NCBI GenBank assembly: GCA_963662655.2
Contig: CAXXTU010000002.1
Span: forward strand, 928,001-992,000
Direction: 5' to 3'
Source: Candidatus Cloacimonadales bacterium
Lineage (GTDB): Bacteria; Cloacimonadota; Cloacimonadia; Cloacimonadales; JAIOQZ01
DNA: 64,000 nucleotides
The notes beneath the pieces were generated by a model. That model saw only the letters and a program-made list of their open reading frames with translations, made no database searches and was not told where the DNA came from. This document shows, in pieces, positions 54,699 through 61,208 of this stretch (within the stretch, counting starts at the first letter, position 1; the number at the start of each line of letters is the position of its first letter). The position numbers and the translations under genes were made by a program.

Positions 54699-55337
54699 AT
54701 GTACGCGGTTTTGACAGGCGATCTTATCGGTTCATCCCAAATGAGCGACGCGCTGCGCAGTGAGTGTTTCGAACGCATTAGAAAGCAGTTGGAATTCATT
54801 CAACAGGGCAAGATTGCCTACCCCCTTAGCATCTACCGGGGCGATAGCTGGCAAATCCTACTCGACGATCCCAAAGACGCCCTCCGGCTCACCCTGCTCA
54901 TCCGCACGGCACTGCTGATGGACAACACCGATACCCGCATCTCGATCGGAATCGGCGCTGTCGATAAAATCGACGAAGCGGATATTACTCGTTCGTTCGG
55001 CGAGGCGTTCACGCTCTCGGGACACAACCTCGAATCCATGAAGAAGAAACAGCGTATGGCATTCGCAGCACCAGCAATGGCACAGAACGACTGCATCGCA
55101 AGCGCCGTAATGCCGCTGCTCAATGCTCTGGTAGATAAAATGACCGCCAAGCAAGCGCGCGCAATGAATGGAGCGCTCAAAGGTTTGTCACAAAACGAAA
55201 TAGCGCATGAATGTAAGATCAAACAGCAAACCGTGAAAGTACACTTGGACAGAGGCGGATGGGCTGAGATTCTCGAAGTAATTGTTAATTGCGAATATCA
55301 GATTGATCAAGAACATTCAATAAATGCAAGGCCTTAG
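54699..55337 (+). CDS. SatD-family protein (cyclase-like palm + C-terminal HTH)
   Basis: YAVLTGDLIGS, YRGDSWQ, RISIGIG, GEAFTLSG; MTAKQ...SQNEIA...IKQQTV HTH; AGGAG RBS. Confidence 0.8.
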   Translation: MYAVLTGDLIGSSQMSDALRSECFERIRKQLEFIQQGKIAYPLSIYRGDSWQILLDDPKDALRLTLLIRTALLMDNTDTRISIGIGAVDKIDEADITRSFGEAFTLSGHNLESMKKKQRMAFAAPAMAQNDCIASAVMPLLNALVDKMTAKQARAMNGALKGLSQNEIAHECKIKQQTVKVHLDRGGWAEILEVIVNCEYQIDQEHSINARP

Positions 55338-55540
55338 GCTTGCTATTGCCATATGCAATCCCCTGGCCATACCGTGGCGCGTTGGCCCCACAGTCCTTAG
55401 AGACTGTAAACATTAAAAACAGCCCTTGAAGGCTGTAATTAGTAATTCCAACCCCTGAAATTGTGGGCATGAAACTCATCAACAGAAACACTGGCAACCC
55501 AGAGAAGTTGCTTTGGCGAATTGCAATCTCCAAAGGTTGC
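55326..55540. repeat. Array of 18-bp palindromes (RCAR-N10-YTGY), units 29 bp apart
   Basis: GCAAGGCCTTAGGCTTGC 55326; ACAGTCCTTAGAGACTGT 55390; ACAGCCCTTGAAGGCTGT 55419; GCAACCCAGAGAAGTTGC 55494; GCAATCTCCAAAGGTTGC 55523; degenerate units at 55355 and 55448. Confidence 0.75.
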
Positions 55541-55581
55541 GCATGATCATTAAGATTGCTTGATTATTGAGGTAGCAACAC

Positions 55582-56301
55582 ATGGCACAATATTTCATCA
55601 TGCTTCTGTGCGCACATCTGCTGGCGGATTTCCCGCTCCAGATCAACAGCATAGCCAGACGAAAGAGACATCCCGGAATTCTCGCCCTCCACGTTGCCAT
55701 TCACATCGTCACGACGCTGGCAGTCCTTTCTCTGCTCGATCTGAGAATCCCGCCAGCCGCCATCTTCGCTGTTGTGATAGGCGTTGGCCTGCTACATGGG
55801 ATCATAGATTTTTGCAAAACTCTCATTTTCAGCGATAACCTGAATTCGTTCCTCCTCGATCAGTTTGCCCATATCATCGTGTTGGCTTCAGCCGCATGGA
55901 TCATCCAGTCGAGATCAGCAATCGCATATCGGCCGCAGATCGCGCATGGGATTATTTACATCACCGGTTTCTTCGCCATCTGGAACGCGTCGAGCCATTT
56001 CATCGATCGATTTGTCGCGAAGTATCTGCCAACACAGGAAAGCATTGATGAATACAAACCCGCCAGGCATAAGAATGCCAGCGACTGGATCGGCAAATTC
56101 GAGCGCATCCTCGTGTTCGGCTTCATACTGATGGGCTATCCGGAGGGAATCGGATTCATCATTGCCGGTAAATCGATCCTCCGCTTTCAAGACGCCAAAA
56201 AGGAGAAGATGTCCGAATACATCCTGATCGGAACGCTTCTGAGCATATCGCTTGCCATCGGCTTTACTTACCTCTGTCGCTATGCAATAAGGCTTTTTTA
56301 G
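55582..56301 (+). CDS. DUF3307-family membrane protein
   Basis: AHLLADFPLQ, HGIIDFCK, DQFAH, IGKFER, KSILRF, EYILIGTLLS; GAGG RBS. Confidence 0.85.
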   Translation: MAQYFIMLLCAHLLADFPLQINSIARRKRHPGILALHVAIHIVTTLAVLSLLDLRIPPAAIFAVVIGVGLLHGIIDFCKTLIFSDNLNSFLLDQFAHIIVLASAAWIIQSRSAIAYRPQIAHGIIYITGFFAIWNASSHFIDRFVAKYLPTQESIDEYKPARHKNASDWIGKFERILVFGFILMGYPEGIGFIIAGKSILRFQDAKKEKMSEYILIGTLLSISLAIGFTYLCRYAIRLF

Positions 56302-56313
56302 AAAGGATTTCTT

Positions 56314-57120
56314 ATGGAAAAACCAGTCTTCGATATATTGGAACAAGCGGCCCAAAACCGCTTCAAAGGCACGCCATTCGTTTTAGTAACGGTCGTTCAG
56401 GCCATTGCGGGAACTCCCGGACGCTCGGGATTCAAGATGATCGTCTACGCGGACGGTCATACAGAAGGAACCGTTGGCGGTGGGAGCATCGAGCGTCGCG
56501 CACATCTGAAAGCGCTGGACATCCACAAAACCGGCGTGAACGAACTGATATCCTACAGCCTTACCGAGGAGGAAATGGGGATGCTCTGCGGCGGAGAAGC
56601 GCAGCTTTTCTTCGAGTATTTCCCGCCTCGAAAAAGAGCGTTCCTCTTCGGCGCAGGTCACCTTGGCAGGAGCATCGCACCGCTTCTCAAATCGCTGGAT
56701 TTTCATCTGGTTATTATAGACGATCGCGTGGAAGCAGCCACGAAAAATAACGTCCCCGAGGGTGACGAGTTTTACGGCATGCCGTACGAAGAGTATCTCG
56801 CAGATTTCCATCCTCATAAACAGGACGCCATCATCATTTTCACACACGGTCACGTACACGATTACACCGTACTGGATGCCGTATGCAAGCTCGGAACGGA
56901 TGTTAAATACATCGGCATGATCGGCTCCAGACGTAAATCTGAAACCACTCTCAATCGCATCAGGGAATGCAACTACGAAGGCAACCTGGTGGACAATGTG
57001 AGAGCGCCTATCGGTCTCAACATCGGGAAAACAACCGCGCAAGAGATATCGATCGCCATCGTGGCCGAGATCCTTGCGGTTTACAACGGAATCGACAATA
57101 TCCACCCGATGAGGGCGTGA
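56314..57120 (+). CDS. XdhC/CoxI-family molybdoenzyme maturation factor
   Basis: GTVGGGSIE, GMLCGG, FGAGH, YIGMIGS, APIGLNIG..T..EISIAIVAE. Confidence 0.9.
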   Translation: MEKPVFDILEQAAQNRFKGTPFVLVTVVQAIAGTPGRSGFKMIVYADGHTEGTVGGGSIERRAHLKALDIHKTGVNELISYSLTEEEMGMLCGGEAQLFFEYFPPRKRAFLFGAGHLGRSIAPLLKSLDFHLVIIDDRVEAATKNNVPEGDEFYGMPYEEYLADFHPHKQDAIIIFTHGHVHDYTVLDAVCKLGTDVKYIGMIGSRRKSETTLNRIRECNYEGNLVDNVRAPIGLNIGKTTAQEISIAIVAEILAVYNGIDNIHPMRA

Positions 57121-57125
57121 GGAGA

Positions 57126-57229
57126 TTCGTTCGATCTGTCGCGCAGGCGTGGTGTTACACGTCCCTTTATTTTGGTTCGATAGTGTTCGGGACGTGTTAT
57201 ATCCACGACGGAGCGTCAGATCGGGCGAA
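57126..57229. repeat. 104-nt hairpin repeat, copy 2
   Basis: Shares the core cgtggtgttacacgtccctttattt...ggttcgatagt...cgggacgtgttatatccacg with 43875-43978. Confidence 0.85.
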
Positions 57230-57264
57230 GATGCCACGGCCGTCCCGAAAGTTAGATTAATCGT

Positions 57265-58527
57265 TTACTCGAAATAGAAGATAGCCCGGATCGGATCGAC
57301 TTTCGCCGCCTTGATTGCCGGGTACAAGCCCGACACAAATCCGATGAAGATTGCGAAGCCGATGCCCAGAAGAATCCCCTCGATCGGCATGGGCAGCGTG
57401 AATCCCATTGGTTTACCCACCTGACGCACCAGCATCATGGAGAATGTAATCCCAACAAAGGTGCCTAATAGAGAAAGAGTCAGCGCTTCGATGATGAAAT
57501 AGGAGAATATATCCAATTCCTTAGCTCCAACGCTTTTACGGATACCAATCTCCAGCATTTTCTCATTGATTGATATCAAAAGTGTGCTGAACAAACCAAT
57601 TCCGCCAACGAGCAGCGATATGGAAGCGATCGCGGAAAGCGTGATGTTCCACGTCTTCATGAACTGATTGATCTCCGTGGTAATCTTGGCCATGAAGCTA
57701 CCCACGTCGTCAAATGCGAAATCATGCGCCATGGAGTGGCTTGCCAGGATCGTCTGGAAGACATGCGTCTTCATCAGGTTGTAGTCCTGATCCTTTCTCG
57801 CCTGAACGTAAATGTTATCCAGTGCTCGGTGCTGCCGCAGAAGTTGCGATCCTGTAGACAGCGGAATATACACTGCCTTGAGGTCCCAGCGCCGATCCCA
57901 CGGATTCATCTGCGCTTTTCCGTTGTTCAGAATGTCATGACTCAACACGCCAATAATCCGGTATCGGTTTCCGCCAATTGTAATCGTTTTATCGATCGGA
58001 TTCTCTTTGGAGAAGTATTTCTCCGCGAAGAAATGGCCGATAACGCACACGCGAGCGTTTGTTTTATCTTCAAAAGTGCTGAAGTAACGTCCGTCTCTGA
58101 GAGGATATGTTTTATTCAAGAAGAAATCGTTGTTGGTAGCCGTCAAACGAACCCATTCACGGCTTTCGCCATCCTGGAACTGCTGCCACTGATCGATCCG
58201 GCCATACATGTGCTTGTGGTCGATCTCCTTTTTCAGCGTCAGGTAATCGTTGTACGAAAGCGGTCGTGCGCGGCGGTTCATATACATGAAACGGCCACGC
58301 CTGCGGTGGTTCTGGTTCTCTCCCGAAGAAGGATAGATCACGATTGACCGGTCCCATCCCATCGCTTCCATGCGCTTCATGATGAGCAGCTTGATGCCGC
58401 TTACGGAAGAAAACATGGTCACGACGGCAGCCACGCCGATCATGATCCCGACAAGCGTCAGGAACGACCGTAGCTTATGACTCCAGATACTGGATAGAGA
58501 GCTTCCGAAGCTGTCACCGAGATGCAT
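57265..58527 (-). CDS. MacB/FtsX-like ABC transporter permease
   Basis: KLRSFLTLVGIMIGV, SLLVGGIG, EIGIRKSVGA, GLYPA.KAAKVDPI. Confidence 0.9.
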   Translation of the reverse strand: MHLGDSFGSSLSSIWSHKLRSFLTLVGIMIGVAAVVTMFSSVSGIKLLIMKRMEAMGWDRSIVIYPSSGENQNHRRRGRFMYMNRRARPLSYNDYLTLKKEIDHKHMYGRIDQWQQFQDGESREWVRLTATNNDFFLNKTYPLRDGRYFSTFEDKTNARVCVIGHFFAEKYFSKENPIDKTITIGGNRYRIIGVLSHDILNNGKAQMNPWDRRWDLKAVYIPLSTGSQLLRQHRALDNIYVQARKDQDYNLMKTHVFQTILASHSMAHDFAFDDVGSFMAKITTEINQFMKTWNITLSAIASISLLVGGIGLFSTLLISINEKMLEIGIRKSVGAKELDIFSYFIIEALTLSLLGTFVGITFSMMLVRQVGKPMGFTLPMPIEGILLGIGFAIFIGFVSGLYPAIKAAKVDPIRAIFYFE

Positions 58528-60742
58528 TCTTCACTTTCGCCTTGCATTGCGGGCATTGAATCGTCACTTCGCTATCGCGCCCGACACGTTCTTCCAGATA
58601 ATCGTTGCCGCATTCGGGACATTTCTCGTTCACCGGTTTGTAGCGGCTGATGTAATCGCAATCGGGATATCTGGAGCAGCCGTAGAAGGCTCTTCCCCGC
58701 TTATCCTTGCGTTCCACAACGTCGCCTTCCTTGCACTTCGGGCATTTGATTCCAAGCGTGAATGGCTTGGTATATTTGCACTTGGGGTAATTTGTGCAAG
58801 CAATGAATTTCCCGAAGCGTCCGTTCTTGATCGTAAGCTCCGATCCGCACTCCGGGCATTTCTCGTCGATTTTCTCAGGCTCGACGACATGTATCTTCCC
58901 TTCGTCGTCTCGGGTAAAATTCTTGATGTTCTTGCACTCGGGGTAATTGGGGCATCCAAGGAATTGCCCGGTTTTCGCCCAGCGCACGATCATATTGCTG
59001 CCGCACTTCTCGCACTTGATGTCCGTGACTTCCTGCGCGTCCTTCTTCGACTGCTTGTAGTCGATCGTATCCAGCTTCTCGGCTATGCTCTTCCAGTAGT
59101 CGTCCAGAATGGCGTTCCAGGCGATTTCTCCATATTCCACTTTATCCAGGCATTCTTCCATGTTTGCCGTGAATTTCACGTTGAACAGCTCATCGAAATT
59201 CTTCACGAGAAAATCATTCACCGTTGTGCCGAGCGTGGTCGGAGAGAACTTCTTCGCATCGATTTTCACATACTTGCGTTCGAGGATCGTATTGGTGATC
59301 ACGGCGTAGGTGGATGGACGTCCAATGCCCTTCGATTCGAGTTCCTTGATCAACGTAGCTTCCGTGAACCGCGCCGGCGGCTTGGTGAAATGCTGATTTT
59401 TCGTAAAATCATCCATGTTGACATTGCCGTTTTCCTTGTAACCGGCATCGATGTCCTCACCCAGGATAACTCTCGTGTGCGGGAACACCTCCAGGAAGCC
59501 CTGCTGGCGTATCATTCCGCCGTTCGCGGTGAAAACACCTTCGCCAACCTCGACTTCCATCGTTACGGCGTCGATCTTGATCGGTGTCATCTGGGTCGCG
59601 ACGAATCGCTGCCAGATGAGAGTGTATAATTTGAGCTGGTCTTTCTCGAGTTTATTGGCAAGCTGCTCCGGCGTGCGGAACGGGTCCGTCGGACGAATCG
59701 CTTCATGCGCGTCCTGAGCGGTATTCTTGTTCTTGAAAACACGGACGGAGCGATGCAACTTCTCTTTTCCGAAGCGCTCCGCGATCAGGTTTCTGCAAGC
59801 TTCCTGCGCGACATCCGCGATACGGAGTGAATCGGTACGCATGTAGGAGATCAGGCCGACGGTATCTCCGCCGATGTCGATCCCTTCATAAAGCTGCTGG
59901 GCGACCATCATGGTCTTTTTACCGCTGAAATTGAGGATGCGGGACGCGTCCTGTTGCAGCGTACTGGTTATGTACGCAGGCTGAGGATTGATTTTCTTCT
60001 CCGTTCGCTTGATCGATTCGATCTTCCCCGCATTGTTCTGCAAGGCTTGGAACATCTTCTCGGCTTCTTCCGCCTTGATCATCTTCTGTTTCTCGCCGTT
60101 CCAGTGAGTGAGGCTCGCCTTGAACGGCGTGAGCCCTTTCTGAGAGAAAACGGCGTCCAGCGACCAGTATTCTTCCGGAACGAAGGCCTCGATCTCGGCT
60201 TCACGCTCGCAGATCAGCCGGAGCGCTACCGATTGAACGCGGCCGGCGCTCAACTTTGTCGTTATCACGCGCCAAAGCACGGGACTGATCTTGTAACCCA
60301 CGATCCTGTCCAGCACGCGACGCGCCTGTTGGGCGTCCACCTTATTGATGTCTATCGCTCCGGGATGCTCCATTGCTCCCCGGATCGCATCACGGGTAAT
60401 CTCGTTGAAAACGATTCGATAGACGGGCTTGTCCCCCGCCACCTCCCTGAGAACCTCGCGGATGTGCCAGGCGATGGCTTCACCTTCGCGGTCATGGTCT
60501 GATGCCAGGTAAATCGCGTCCGAGTTCTCGGCGGTCTTCTTCAGATCGTCGATGATCTTCTTCTTGGAGCGATCGATAACGTACTTGGGCTTGAAGTCGT
60601 GATCAATATCCACCCCCATCGAGCGTTTGGGTAGATCCCGCACGTGCCCCATGGAAGCCTTTACATCGTACTTGAAATCGAGAAATTTGCCGATCGTCTT
60701 CGCTTTCGCGGGAGACTCGACAATGATAAGTCCTTTTGCCAT
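58514..60742 (-). CDS. topA: DNA topoisomerase I
   Basis: IVESPAKAKTI, DHDREGE, SAGRVQS, ISYMRTDS, AHEAIRPT, GIGRPSTY, C4 zinc ribbons. Confidence 0.97.
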   Translation of the reverse strand: MAKGLIIVESPAKAKTIGKFLDFKYDVKASMGHVRDLPKRSMGVDIDHDFKPKYVIDRSKKKIIDDLKKTAENSDAIYLASDHDREGEAIAWHIREVLREVAGDKPVYRIVFNEITRDAIRGAMEHPGAIDINKVDAQQARRVLDRIVGYKISPVLWRVITTKLSAGRVQSVALRLICEREAEIEAFVPEEYWSLDAVFSQKGLTPFKASLTHWNGEKQKMIKAEEAEKMFQALQNNAGKIESIKRTEKKINPQPAYITSTLQQDASRILNFSGKKTMMVAQQLYEGIDIGGDTVGLISYMRTDSLRIADVAQEACRNLIAERFGKEKLHRSVRVFKNKNTAQDAHEAIRPTDPFRTPEQLANKLEKDQLKLYTLIWQRFVATQMTPIKIDAVTMEVEVGEGVFTANGGMIRQQGFLEVFPHTRVILGEDIDAGYKENGNVNMDDFTKNQHFTKPPARFTEATLIKELESKGIGRPSTYAVITNTILERKYVKIDAKKFSPTTLGTTVNDFLVKNFDELFNVKFTANMEECLDKVEYGEIAWNAILDDYWKSIAEKLDTIDYKQSKKDAQEVTDIKCEKCGSNMIVRWAKTGQFLGCPNYPECKNIKNFTRDDEGKIHVVEPEKIDEKCPECGSELTIKNGRFGKFIACTNYPKCKYTKPFTLGIKCPKCKEGDVVERKDKRGRAFYGCSRYPDCDYISRYKPVNEKCPECGNDYLEERVGRDSEVTIQCPQCKAKVKNASR

Positions 60743-60759
60743 ATTTAATTCCAAAGAGT

Positions 60760-61185
60760 TTATTGTATTACGCTTGAACCCGGCTCCGAATCCTCTCGAA
60801 TGAACATCTCCACGATATCCTTCATCGATACTTCATCCAGACCCGAGAAAAGAATCAAGTTTACAATCTGCTCGATCATGGCACGGCTAACCCGGCGACT
60901 GATCAAACCAGAGAGCGTCAGACACAAATTCATGATCTTCTCGAAGGTGAAGCGGTCAACCGTTCCCAGGTTAACGAGATTCACCAGATAGCCGAACGCG
61001 CCATTCGAAATGTGCATCCGTTCATCAGCGCTCATGGTGCGCAGATAGGCGGAGTTGTCGTCCCGGCTATCGAGAAGATAGTCGATAAGATCCCTGAGCG
61101 TTTCATCGTCCTGTTCGGTCCGTTTCGACCGCTTCTTCAGGGATTCGAGGTGTTCGAACAAATTCTTTATGTTGCTATCACTCAT
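60760..61185 (-). CDS. Smg/DUF494-like protein
   Basis: LRTMSADER..IS..AFGYL..L..LG..D...FE pattern and position directly upstream of topA; AAGGA RBS. Confidence 0.55.
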   Translation of the reverse strand: MSDSNIKNLFEHLESLKKRSKRTEQDDETLRDLIDYLLDSRDDNSAYLRTMSADERMHISNGAFGYLVNLVNLGTVDRFTFEKIMNLCLTLSGLISRRVSRAMIEQIVNLILFSGLDEVSMKDIVEMFIREDSEPGSSVIQ

Positions 61186-61208
61186 AACATTCCTTCTTTC
61201 GCGACATT

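Noticed and set aside
55326..55540. CRISPR array interpretation of the palindrome array
   Set aside because: Units are 18 bp and non-identical, spacers are only 11 nt, and no cas genes are present in the window
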